Of a stretch of DNA of 32,000 nucleotides, positions 1 through 8,709 are shown one piece after another. A program made the translations under genes and the position numbers. Location of the stretch: assembly GCA_963704435.1 (NCBI GenBank), contig OY969902.1, positions 60,001 to 92,000 of the forward strand, in the 5' to 3' direction. Every line of letters begins with the position of its first letter. Positions within the stretch are counted from its first letter, which is position 1. The stretch is from an uncultured archaeon. Its GTDB lineage: Archaea > Micrarchaeota > Micrarchaeia > Micrarchaeales > CABMGC01. The notes beneath the pieces were generated by a model. It saw nothing but the letters and a program-made list of their open reading frames with translations, was not told where the DNA came from and made no database searches.

Positions 1-127
1 CTGGCGCCTGTGCTTAGCGCGGCGCGGATCTAGGCCCTCTCAGCGGCCCCCAAGGCGCACAGGGAGCGGGCGTCCATCTCCTCCTGTAGCCCCGCTCCGA
101 TAGGTTTAAATAGCTAAGCCGAGAATT

Positions 128-397
128 ATGCTCGGGATTTGCATGGAATTTTGGAAGACAATTACGGGAGTGATCGTGATACTGATAGGGATCGCGGTGT
201 TCTGGCAGGGTTTTAGCACGGTGAGCCAGTGCAACTCGATCTTAGGCAAAGTGGCTACGGCGGTAACCTCCATCTTCGGCGGAACCGGAGCGCAGGCCTG
301 CTACAATGCCCAGATAGCCGAGATAGGAGGCATCCTTCTGGTCCTGATAGGCCTGGCAGTGATCTTCTTCCCTATGAAGAAGAAGGGCAGGAAGTAA
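128..397 (+). CDS. small two-TM membrane protein, unknown function
   Basis: ORF with two hydrophobic segments (ITGVIVILIGIAVFW; IGGILLVLIGLAVIFF) and basic C-terminus KKKGRK; followed by a terminator-like hairpin. Confidence 0.6.
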   Translation: MLGICMEFWKTITGVIVILIGIAVFWQGFSTVSQCNSILGKVATAVTSIFGGTGAQACYNAQIAEIGGILLVLIGLAVIFFPMKKKGRK

Positions 398-434
398 TAC
401 CTGAAGGTCTGACGGCGGTCTTTTCTTAGGGTCT

Positions 435-461
435 GGCCCCTTGCGGGGCCGGGCCTTTTTT
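435..461 (+). terminator. hairpin plus T-tract terminator candidate
   Basis: GGCCCC-TTGC-GGGGCC hairpin followed by GGGCCTTTTTT, downstream of the 128-397 ORF. Confidence 0.5.
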
Positions 462-463
462 AT

Positions 464-686
464 GTTTGTGATGGTATCAATGGCAGCGACATGCGTAATC
501 TGCGGGAAGAAGGTCGACAGGTCCGTCTCGGACCCCAAACATCCCGATCAGCGCGTGTGCCTGGACTGCCTCAGGGGCCTCGTATTCAACATGAGCACGG
601 TCGAGGAGGCGATGAAGCCCATGGTCGACGCATTCACGGACGCCCTCTCGGAGATAAAGGACGAGGTAGAGCAGGGAAGCAAGTAG
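464..686 (+). CDS. small zinc-ribbon/treble-clef-like protein (CxxC...CxxC), exact start uncertain
   Basis: ORF MFVMVSMAATCVICGKKVDRSVSDPKHPDQRVCLDCLRG... with paired CxxC motifs. The track start at 441 lies in the upstream terminator, so an internal start is more likely. Confidence 0.5.
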
Positions 687-712
687 CGAGATTTATGCTT
701 AATTGATGGTAG

Positions 713-958
713 ATGAATATGGCGAAGAGAACTAGGAGAACGAGATCAAGGGCTGCTGCAAGGTCTGCAAGGCCAACCCCAACAAAGGAGATAGCCGTGC
801 CCAAGAACCTGAACTACAGGAAGATCGGAGGAGTGGTGCTGGCGGTCGTCGGCGCCCTGCTGGTCCTGGCGAACCTGTCAGGATTGCTGTATGCCTTCGC
901 CGGGATAGTCCTGATATACTTCGGGCTGAGGCTGCTCGGATACAACATTAAGGTCTGA
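713..958 (+). CDS. small membrane protein with basic N-terminus
   Basis: ORF with R/K-rich N-terminus and two C-terminal hydrophobic segments. Confidence 0.5.
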   Translation: MNMAKRTRRTRSRAAARSARPTPTKEIAVPKNLNYRKIGGVVLAVVGALLVLANLSGLLYAFAGIVLIYFGLRLLGYNIKV

Positions 959-1174
959 AGCCGCTGTTTCTGCGGGCCCAACGGCCCGCTCCAGGCTGAT
1001 TCCGCTAGCGTCATCTGGCTACTTTTTACATCCCTCGGCGCGGGAACAAAATCCTGACAATGGTATATATACCCTAAAATCCATAATATAGTTATAAGTG
1101 GGGTATGACGGGCTTCTGACTGCGGCGACACGGCGGTGTATGGGAGTACAGTGCTCCCATGATAACAAGAAATC

Positions 1175-1227
1175 CAGTGAGAACCGGAAAACTCACAATG
1201 GTTTTTATAGGAGGAAATCCATAATTA
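1175..1227 (+). repeat. promoter/leader repeat copy 1
   Basis: cagtgagaaccggaaaactcacaatggtttttataggaggaaatccataatta; about 50/53 identical to 1644-1696; each copy precedes a small membrane protein gene. Confidence 0.8.
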
Positions 1228-1246
1228 TGTATAAGAGGTTGAAACA

Positions 1247-1636
1247 ATGAATAAAAAATTGCTTCCAGAAGATTTGAGATCGATTAATCCTGAGGTTTCG
1301 AAGGCCGACCTGAAGCCTGCGAAGCGAGGAGGAATCTGCCCCACAATAACTGCGGCTGCCATTTCAGGCGCTTTTGCAGGGGCGTTCGTTACGGCGATGG
1401 TTGTGGCGCCTGAAAAAGTTGTAGACGTGGCAGTAGGCGCGGCTAACGATGTGCTTTTTATCGGTTCACAAATAGTGCCGCGGACGTACACTGTGCTGTC
1501 AAACACAGCGCTTACCTATGGGGTGCCAGTGGTGGATGTGGCGGCCACGATTGTGGTGTTCGGATCCGTCGGGCTAGCGCTCCTTGCCAATGCTGTGCGC
1601 AAAGCGGAGGGAAGTTCGCCGAAGGGCAAGCAGTGA
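1247..1636 (+). CDS. small membrane protein, unknown
   Basis: ORF with hydrophobic segments and C-terminal KGKQ; preceded by conserved upstream repeat. Confidence 0.6.
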   Translation: MNKKLLPEDLRSINPEVSKADLKPAKRGGICPTITAAAISGAFAGAFVTAMVVAPEKVVDVAVGAANDVLFIGSQIVPRTYTVLSNTALTYGVPVVDVAATIVVFGSVGLALLANAVRKAEGSSPKGKQ

Positions 1637-1643
1637 CTCCCGT

Positions 1644-1696
1644 CAGTGGGAACTGGAAAACTCACAATGATTTTTATAGGAGGAAATCCATAATTA
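1644..1696 (+). repeat. promoter/leader repeat copy 2
   Basis: cagtgggaactggaaaactcacaatgatttttataggaggaaatccataatta; near copy of 1175-1227. Confidence 0.8.
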
Positions 1697-1714
1697 CATG
1701 TAAAGGCGAAGAAG

Positions 1715-2146
1715 ATGTTCAGACCAATAAGCAACCTGTCAGATAACCCAAGCCTTGCTTATAGATCGAGCCCGAGCGCAGCAGGGAAAATGCAATCTGA
1801 GGAAAAAATTTATCCCGTTATTCCCAAAGAAACCCTTACGGGCCTGAAGCGGACTTTTACTGGACGCGAAATAGCTCTTATCGAAGTTGGCACTGCCCTC
1901 ACGACGGTGGCAGTGATGGCTGCCGGATTCACATATGCGCCCGAACAAACGCAGTACTGGCTAACTACTGCAGCCAACGCGATATTGGATCCGCTTGCGT
2001 ATTCCATAAGCTACCTTGCAAACACTTATGGGAGTAAGGCCATGGAAGGCTGGTCCGCCTTGGCTTTAGCGACCGTCCTCCTTGTAGGCATCGGATACAA
2101 GGCTGCAGTTCCCCAAAAATTCAAGGACCTTCCGCCGAAGAGATAG
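1715..2146 (+). CDS. small membrane protein, unknown
   Basis: ORF directly downstream of repeat copy 2; hydrophobic segments and basic C-terminus. Confidence 0.6.
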   Translation: MFRPISNLSDNPSLAYRSSPSAAGKMQSEEKIYPVIPKETLTGLKRTFTGREIALIEVGTALTTVAVMAAGFTYAPEQTQYWLTTAANAILDPLAYSISYLANTYGSKAMEGWSALALATVLLVGIGYKAAVPQKFKDLPPKR

Positions 2147-2171
2147 CAATAGCCTGCTCCTGTCGCGCGAT

Positions 2172-2912
2172 CTAGCACAGAATCGAGGACACGCTGCCTC
2201 CTGCAGCGTTCCCCACCCCTATTATCGTGGTTACGAGCGGCTGCGCGATGAGCACGACGACCAGCCCTATTATCCCTCCAGCTATCATGGCGACCGCCCA
2301 GGCAGAGAGGCTCTTCTTGAATTCCATGTTCGTCGGGAGGAAGTGGGATGTGGCATACATCACTCCCCCGAGCAGGAAGAGCGTGAGCGCTATTATCCCG
2401 ACTATGCTCCTTACGGTGTCAACGATGCCGCAGAGCGAGAACGAGCCGCTGCTCGCGGGCGCGACCGCCACAACGGTGGTCGTCGGGAGGACGGTTGTCG
2501 ACTGCGAGGTAGTGGTCGACTGCTGCACTGCCGGGGTCACCGTAATCCCGAATGACGAGGAGCTGTCCGAGGCCTGCGGGACGCCCGAATCTGTCACGGT
2601 GATGCAGTAGTATGCGCCCCCGGGCGGAGGCGTCACCGAGAGGGTGGAGGATGTGGAAGCCAGCCCGGATACCGCCTTCAGAAGGCTGGTATCCTGCGCG
2701 CAGCCCTGCGACGTGCCCGTATACCATTCCAGCGAGTACTGGGGCGTCCCGCCGCTCCAGCTCGCGGTCAGCGTCACGCTCTGGCCCGAGTAGACGGAGG
2801 TCGTCTGCGAAGATATGGCGGCCTGTCCGAGCGAAGCGGCGCGCGGGCTCGCAACCAGCAGCATCACGAATAAGAGAGCCGCCAAGGCCGCCGGCCTGCA
2901 TGTCCTGAGCAT
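2172..2912 (-). CDS. secreted Ig-like domain protein with Cys-bounded two-TM C-terminal module (paralog A)
   Basis: Signal peptide, WSGGTPQYSLEWYTG...C...YYC domain, T/S-rich linker, then LCGIVDTVRSIVGIIALTLFLLGGVMYATSHFLPTNMEFKKSL...ILC. Internal Met chosen as start. Confidence 0.7.
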   Translation of the reverse strand: MLRTCRPAALAALLFVMLLVASPRAASLGQAAISSQTTSVYSGQSVTLTASWSGGTPQYSLEWYTGTSQGCAQDTSLLKAVSGLASTSSTLSVTPPPGGAYYCITVTDSGVPQASDSSSSFGITVTPAVQQSTTTSQSTTVLPTTTVVAVAPASSGSFSLCGIVDTVRSIVGIIALTLFLLGGVMYATSHFLPTNMEFKKSLSAWAVAMIAGGIIGLVVVLIAQPLVTTIIGVGNAAGGSVSSILC

Positions 2913-3007
2913 GTCACGTTCCACTCGTCCCGAATTCGGAACAGCAATAAATGCGCATGACATTCCTTAAACTTTTCGGAAATGCTCATCCTGCGGGCGA
3001 AGTCCGT

Positions 3008-4468
3008 TCATGGCAGGAACAGGAAGTTCCTGAACTGGAAGGCGTCGCTCTCGTCGGCGCTGCTGAACGGGTTGCTCTTGAAGAAGACCTTCCTGTCCTT
3101 CAGGGGCGTCCAGTCGCTCTGCACCGAAAGCAGCCTGCCGAGGTAGGGCTTCGCTATGCCGAGCACGTATTCGTGCGGCAGGTCGTCAGGGAAGCGTATC
3201 CCCTCCAGCGGGTTCTCGAGCGCCCACATCACCGCGGACACAACTCCTATCGCCACCTGCACGGTCGTCGCGTTCTGGTGAGGCACCAGCTTCCTCGCCT
3301 TCTCTATGCTGAGCACGGATCCCGTCCACCAGGATACGAGGTCGTGCCCCATCACCAGAGCGCCGAGTATGTCCTCTCCGTGGGATATGTCGTCGCTCAT
3401 TATCCTCATGTTCGGCTGCAGGTCGCAGTTCCTCGCCCTGAGCTCGTACAGCGAAGAGAGCGTCTCGTGGCATGGCATGTAGGCATAGTGAACCGTCGGC
3501 CTGTAGACCACCTTGCCCTCGCTCCAGACGGAGAGCCGGTCGGAGATGCTGAACGCCTCGCCGTGCCTTATCACCATCCCAAGTATCTCCTGGTTCGGTA
3601 TCCACGACCTTACCCAGGTGTTCATGCCCATCTGCGATAGGAATATCTGGTTCCTAGGTCCGACCAGCGGGATGTTGGCCATCGCCGGGAGCACCTTCTC
3701 GTGCGTCCCCCAGCCCATCTCGGCGGGCGCCATGCCCTCCTCGTAGAGCCCCCGGATGCTCCACGTGCCGACGAACTCGTCGACCTCCTTCGGGCTGCTC
3801 GTTATCTGCGTGTCGCGCTCGGAGCAGTGGATTACCTTCACGCCGAGCTCCATGCTCAGCTCCGCGAACAGCCTGTCGGAAATGAGCTTCCTGAGCCTCT
3901 CGGCGTCCTTGCCCGTCACCTTCCTTCTCTTGATGAGCTTTTCCGCTATGTCGATCAGCGCCTTCCTGACGAAGTGCGATATGAGTCCCGGGTTCGCGCC
4001 GTGCTCCAGCACCGCCGTCGGGGACTCCTTCCAGTTCTTCGACAGCTTCCTCACCTTCATGTAGTCGTAGTACAGCGACTTCTCGTACGGCGTCTTCTTT
4101 ATCGCGTTGACGTCCATGCCCCACCTCTCCACCGAGGTGTTCACGTACAGCACCCCGTTGTCGTGGCACCACTTCAGCAGCGTTCCGCAGTCTATGCCCC
4201 ACGAGAGGTCTATCAGCAGTCCGCCCCTGGCGAGGGTCTTCGCAAGCGTGCCCTTCACGTTCTGGGGGTTTATCCTCTTCTTCAGGAACTTGACCCCCTT
4301 CTTCGTCCACGGCTGCAGCTCCTCGGCCTTGTCCTCGAAATCGATTATCGTGATATTTTCGGGAGGTATGCGGATGTGCTTCAGAAGTATCGGAAGCGTG
4401 CAACGCGCAACCGCCCCGTATCCGAGCATCAGAACCTTGCCGTTGAAATCCATTTTCTTTTTTACCAT
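3008..4468 (-). CDS. homospermidine synthase-like / saccharopine-dehydrogenase-fold protein
   Basis: N-terminal Rossmann motif VLMLGYGAVARCTLPIL; overall sequence pattern (VLEHGANPGLISHFVRKAL, MPCHETLSS) recognised as bacterial-type homospermidine synthase. Confidence 0.75.
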   Translation of the reverse strand: MVKKKMDFNGKVLMLGYGAVARCTLPILLKHIRIPPENITIIDFEDKAEELQPWTKKGVKFLKKRINPQNVKGTLAKTLARGGLLIDLSWGIDCGTLLKWCHDNGVLYVNTSVERWGMDVNAIKKTPYEKSLYYDYMKVRKLSKNWKESPTAVLEHGANPGLISHFVRKALIDIAEKLIKRRKVTGKDAERLRKLISDRLFAELSMELGVKVIHCSERDTQITSSPKEVDEFVGTWSIRGLYEEGMAPAEMGWGTHEKVLPAMANIPLVGPRNQIFLSQMGMNTWVRSWIPNQEILGMVIRHGEAFSISDRLSVWSEGKVVYRPTVHYAYMPCHETLSSLYELRARNCDLQPNMRIMSDDISHGEDILGALVMGHDLVSWWTGSVLSIEKARKLVPHQNATTVQVAIGVVSAVMWALENPLEGIRFPDDLPHEYVLGIAKPYLGRLLSVQSDWTPLKDRKVFFKSNPFSSADESDAFQFRNFLFLP

Positions 4469-4637
4469 TTTCAGCTACCTCGAAGTAATAAAGTGATTCG
4501 CAGCATTTCTTTAAAAACGTTCCGCTATTTTTCCATCGTGACGCTGAAAATATTTTCGCAGCCTCCCGAAAAGATTCGGGATTTTCAGGGCGTAATAAGA
4601 CTCTTAAAGTGTCACTTCCAACTAACTCCGTGTTACG

Positions 4638-5222
4638 ATGGCGCGCATTGCGAGAGAGGAACTGCCCTTCAACCTCCAGAAAGGGGAAAAGGTGCTGGAC
4701 GAGGTGGAGCCGCAGAAGAACGGGTTCGTCCTGACGAGGATACTCAACGGCCTGTTCCCGACCGCGGTGGTCTGCGCAATTGCGGGAATATACATAACCA
4801 TCGGCGCCTCCAAGGCGGATCTCGGTCTCGGGTTCGGGATTGCCGCGACAGTCGCGCTGTTTTTCGTCGCCATGCTGGTAGAAGCGCTGTTCGCGTTCGT
4901 CGCGTACGGCAAGTTCATGTACTGGATAACCAACTACAGGGTGATAGGCAGGCGCGGGATCATAGGCTACAGCATAGATTCAATACCCCTCGAGAACATC
5001 ACTGACATAATCATAGGCAGGAGCATCGCGGAGCGGGTCCTCGGGCTGTCCTCCCTCAGGATAATACCGATCGGCGGCACCTCAATAACCTATGGGAAGT
5101 ACGGGGGCATGAGCAGCGCGAACTACTTCCCGGCGCTCATGCCGAAGCACGCGAAGGAGCTGCAGGAGAGGATCTTCGACCTGCGCAACAAGCGAAAGAA
5201 AGAGACGGGCAGGGTCCTGTAA
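4638..5222 (+). CDS. PH-domain (bPH2-like) membrane protein
   Basis: Two TM segments followed by YRVIGRRGIIGYSIDSIPLENITDIIIGRSIAERVLG. Confidence 0.65.
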   Translation: MARIAREELPFNLQKGEKVLDEVEPQKNGFVLTRILNGLFPTAVVCAIAGIYITIGASKADLGLGFGIAATVALFFVAMLVEALFAFVAYGKFMYWITNYRVIGRRGIIGYSIDSIPLENITDIIIGRSIAERVLGLSSLRIIPIGGTSITYGKYGGMSSANYFPALMPKHAKELQERIFDLRNKRKKETGRVL

Positions 5223-5236
5223 CACAGGCGTTGCGG

Positions 5237-5461
5237 ATGCGGATAGGCGTCACGGTCGTCCCGAACTCGAAAAGGCCGGCGGTCTTCAGGATCGACGACG
5301 CAAACTACAGGGTGAAGGTCGACGCTCGCGCCGTCGAAGGCAGGGCGAACGAGCGCCTCGTCGAGCTGCTTTCCGAGCACTTCGGGGTTCCGAAGTCCCG
5401 CGTGACGATAGTCGCGGGCGCCCGCGGGCGTAGAAAGACAGTGGAGGTCGGCCGCGAATAG
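5237..5461 (+). CDS. DUF167/YggU family protein
   Basis: RIGVTVVPNSKRPAVFRIDDANYRVKVDARAVEGRANERLVELLSEHFGVPKSRVTIVAGARGRRKTVEV. Confidence 0.85.
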   Translation: MRIGVTVVPNSKRPAVFRIDDANYRVKVDARAVEGRANERLVELLSEHFGVPKSRVTIVAGARGRRKTVEVGRE

Positions 5462-5512
5462 GCAGGAGTTTGACGCAATGCCGGTCCGTCTCGCCGCCTC
5501 CGCTGCGTTTTT

Positions 5513-6646
5513 ATGCTTATTTGTAGTGATAACTGCAAGTCATCCCGGGCGATCGGATTGAAGAAGATAATAGGCATAAGGGGAGTGCTCGAGGTCATAG
5601 TGATATTCGCGGCCGTGATGCTCGCGGGCGCACTCATAGCCGCGGCGGCGGTCAGGACATCCAGCGTATCCATACTCTACGACACGCTTTCTGCGCCTAC
5701 GTTCGCGGTGTTCTCCTACTTCGTCGACGCAGCGCTCATACTGATAATCGCGCTGCTCATGATCAGGAGGCATGCGCACCACAGCAATACGGTCCTGTTC
5801 GAGGCGCTCGATGGCATAGTCACCACCTTCACTTCCTTCTTCCTGTTCCTCCTGCTCTTCGCGATGCTGCTGCCCCTCTCGGTGGCGACCGGATGGGTCT
5901 ACGTGTACTCGGCCGTGACCGCGATGGCGCTGATACTGGTCAAGGACATGCACCACAGGCTCAGGGACCTAACCACGGCCGTGTCCAGCATTGGCGTGGG
6001 CCTGGTGCTCGGGCTCAACTTCCCGCTGTCCTACGCGATCTTCCTGATGGGCGCAGTGGCGGTATACGACTACATCGCAGTGTTCAAGACTAGCGAGATG
6101 GCGGACCTGGCGAGGTCATTCTCCTCGCAGGACCTCTCGTTCCTGATAAGCGTGTCCGACCTCGAGCCCGTGTCGGAGCGCGGGCTCAGCCAGAAGGAGA
6201 TAATCCGCTACATAGAGTGCCTGGCGAAGGATGACGAGCTTGACGATCCGCGGTGCAGGGCCATACTCAAGAAAGGCGAGCTCCCGGCGCAGTCCAGTGT
6301 GTCCCTCGGCGAGGGGGACCTCAGCCTGCCGCTGATGGTCATAATAAGCGCCTACGCTTCGTTCAGCCACGCGATGGCCCTGGCCGTACTGGCGGGCGCC
6401 ATAGCCGGGATCTTCGCCACAATGGCGCTGCTGAAGGCCTACAAACGCCCCATACCCGCGATACCCCCGCTGTTCTCCTGCATAGGCCTCTTCGCGGGTT
6501 CCGCGCTGCTGCTTATCGGTGGCGCGTCGGCATACGCGGGTGCGCTTCTCGTTCTGGCGTGCGCCCTAGTCATGCTCGTGGACATAGTCACGATATCCAA
6601 GAAAATGCGCGACAGCGCAGCGGAGCGTTCGCGCAGGAAGCGGTGA
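5513..6646 (+). CDS. presenilin-like A22 intramembrane aspartyl protease
   Basis: Polytopic membrane protein with VAVYDYIAVF, LGEGDLSLPL (GxGD motif) and RPIPAIPPLF (PAL-like motif). Confidence 0.85.
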   Translation: MLICSDNCKSSRAIGLKKIIGIRGVLEVIVIFAAVMLAGALIAAAAVRTSSVSILYDTLSAPTFAVFSYFVDAALILIIALLMIRRHAHHSNTVLFEALDGIVTTFTSFFLFLLLFAMLLPLSVATGWVYVYSAVTAMALILVKDMHHRLRDLTTAVSSIGVGLVLGLNFPLSYAIFLMGAVAVYDYIAVFKTSEMADLARSFSSQDLSFLISVSDLEPVSERGLSQKEIIRYIECLAKDDELDDPRCRAILKKGELPAQSSVSLGEGDLSLPLMVIISAYASFSHAMALAVLAGAIAGIFATMALLKAYKRPIPAIPPLFSCIGLFAGSALLLIGGASAYAGALLVLACALVMLVDIVTISKKMRDSAAERSRRKR

Positions 6647-6686
6647 AGACGCATACAAGAAGAAACTGGGATGATAGTCGTATTTA

Positions 6687-6827
6687 ATGAGTGAGTATAT
6701 GGCCCCCAAGACCCCGACCGCGGAGGAACAGAGAAGGATGTCTTCGAAACTGAACAAGGCGTGGATAATATATACGGTGATCATCGTCGTTCTGTTTATC
6801 CTATATATGCTCTGGATCAAGTACTGA
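6687..6827 (+). CDS. 46-aa single-TM small membrane protein
   Basis: Manual translation: MSEYMAPKTPTAEEQRRMSSKLNKAWIIYTVIIVVLFILYMLWIKY*; too short for the supplied track. Confidence 0.5.
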   Translation: MSEYMAPKTPTAEEQRRMSSKLNKAWIIYTVIIVVLFILYMLWIKY

Positions 6828-6958
6828 ATACGCCTGGTGGGATGCCTTCCTCTACGGTGCGCACTTAGCGTCAGAGCGCGTTTGCGCGGCTTTGAAGGAG
6901 ATGGATTTTAGCGCATTGCCGTCGTATCTAGAAGGAATATAAGGCTGATCGTCGCAAG

Positions 6959-8209
6959 ATGGATTCGAGGATATTCCCGCTGGTAATGCAAATGCTTTTT
7001 GGAGGGAAGGCGAAGGCTGAGACCGTTGAGCCGGGGGAGCTGCGCGGCCTGCTCAACTCGCTGTTCGAAAGGAAGCTCGGCGCGTTCGGCGCGAAGGTGG
7101 GTACCACGACCCGGGAGCTGCGCAGTGAGGGGCAGCAGTTCGTTGACGCATGCGAGAGGTTCAAGCTGCTCGACGCGGAGCCGTACACCGAGGACATCTA
7201 CGCGCCTAACGTGGGCTTCATAAGGAGCCAGAAGGGCCTGTACGCGGATGTGCTGAAGCGCCTGGCGAAGAACCTGGTCGCGGAACCAGTGAAATCCGAC
7301 AATGCCTACGAGGAGTGCAGGGGCGCAGTATCGCACACCGACAAGGTGACCTCGGAGATACTGAAGACCAATGCGCAGTTCAGGCTAGTCGTGCACTGCT
7401 ATTCCAACCACCTCAGGGAGTTCAAGCGGTCGTTCTCTTCGATTGAGAGGCTCGTCGGGCTCCTCAAGGCGGAACTAGAGAGGAAGTCGGGGGAGTTCGC
7501 CGAGTACAGGGCGGTCAGCGAGAGCATATCTAGGTTCGAGAGCTGCGGGATGGAGCTGGAGGAGACGGACAGGGCGATAGGCGAGCTCAGGAAGGGCCTG
7601 GAGCCAGCCGCGGGCGCGGCCCTGGACGCAGGGCAGCGCGAACTAACGGGCAAGCTGGCTGAGAGGAGGGCGGAACTGGCCCGCATGGGCGGCGAGGCAT
7701 CAGAGCTGCAGAACAGGATAAACCTGCTCGCAGCGCCGCTGGAGAGACCCTCCAGGAAGTTCGACCATCTCTCAGCGAGGAAGAGGCAGCTCCACCACTT
7801 CATCGAGGACCCGATAGGCACCATAAGGGATGAAGCCGAGTACGGGGAGTTCAGGGCGCTGCTGCAGCAGCTGGCCGAGGCCGTGCGCTCCGGCGCGATA
7901 GACGTGAAGAACAGGGAGGAGGTTGGCAGGGCGGCGTCCGCGCTACTGGGCTCCGACCTCCTCAGCATGGCAAGCTCATTCAGGTCGGCGCAGCGCGAAA
8001 CGTACGGCCTGAACGACGAGATCAGGGGCCTGGAGGGGGCTCTGAGCTCGCTGAAAGAGGGGAAGACCGCCTCGGAGAGCGCCGCTCACCGCATCGAGGC
8101 CCTGGAAACGAGGGTCAGGGACATCGGGAGGAAAAGGGAGGCGGAGAAGGACGCTATAGAGAGGCTATTCCTCGAAGGTTACGGCAAGCGCATATCCGTA
8201 AGGGCATGA
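6959..8209 (+). CDS. coiled-coil protein, unknown function
   Basis: Long open frame with heptad-rich segments; antisense ORFs are only partial. Confidence 0.7.
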   Translation: MDSRIFPLVMQMLFGGKAKAETVEPGELRGLLNSLFERKLGAFGAKVGTTTRELRSEGQQFVDACERFKLLDAEPYTEDIYAPNVGFIRSQKGLYADVLKRLAKNLVAEPVKSDNAYEECRGAVSHTDKVTSEILKTNAQFRLVVHCYSNHLREFKRSFSSIERLVGLLKAELERKSGEFAEYRAVSESISRFESCGMELEETDRAIGELRKGLEPAAGAALDAGQRELTGKLAERRAELARMGGEASELQNRINLLAAPLERPSRKFDHLSARKRQLHHFIEDPIGTIRDEAEYGEFRALLQQLAEAVRSGAIDVKNREEVGRAASALLGSDLLSMASSFRSAQRETYGLNDEIRGLEGALSSLKEGKTASESAAHRIEALETRVRDIGRKREAEKDAIERLFLEGYGKRISVRA

Positions 8210-8243
8210 GGGAGATCAGCGCGCCGTAATTCCCCTATTATGG

Positions 8244-8672
8244 CTAGCAGAACGCGGCAAGCACCCCGCTGCCGCCCATCGACGATCCCAGGTTCACAAT
8301 GAACGTCAGCAGCGGCTGGGCCGCAAGGACTATCACCAGCCCGGTCACGCCGCCGGTCATCATCGCAATCGCCCAGGATAGCATTGACTTCTTGAACTCG
8401 AGCTCCTTCGGCATGAAGTGGGAGGCGGCGTACAGGAGGCCGCCGAGGAGGAACAGCGCCATGACCACCATCCCGATCGCCGCCCTTATTGAGCTAACGA
8501 GCCCGCACAGGGCGGAGTCGATTGCAGAAGAGGCCCCAGGAGCCGACGCTTCCGCAGCCATTGATTCGGCAGGGACCGAGCGGACGCAGGCACAGGGAAG
8601 TAGCAGGATGCAGGCGGAAAGCGCTATGAGCAGAACCCGGGATTCACGCAGCACGGTAGTAACAATCGCCAT
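8244..8672 (-). CDS. minimal two-TM Cys-bounded protein (paralog B, no Ig domain)
   Basis: Signal peptide then ALCGLVSSIRAAIGMVVMALFLLGGLLYAASHFMPKELEFKKSM...AAFC. Confidence 0.7.
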   Translation of the reverse strand: MAIVTTVLRESRVLLIALSACILLLPCACVRSVPAESMAAEASAPGASSAIDSALCGLVSSIRAAIGMVVMALFLLGGLLYAASHFMPKELEFKKSMLSWAIAMMTGGVTGLVIVLAAQPLLTFIVNLGSSMGGSGVLAAFC

Positions 8673-8709
8673 ATGCGTATAAAAGCGCTACGCTCGCAGG
8701 ACGGCGCAA

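Noticed and set aside
2951-5005. Long plus-strand ORFs (2951-3640, 3701-5005) opposite the homospermidine-synthase-like gene
   Set aside because: Arg/His/Leu/Val-rich antisense translations of a well-supported conserved gene; high-GC artefact
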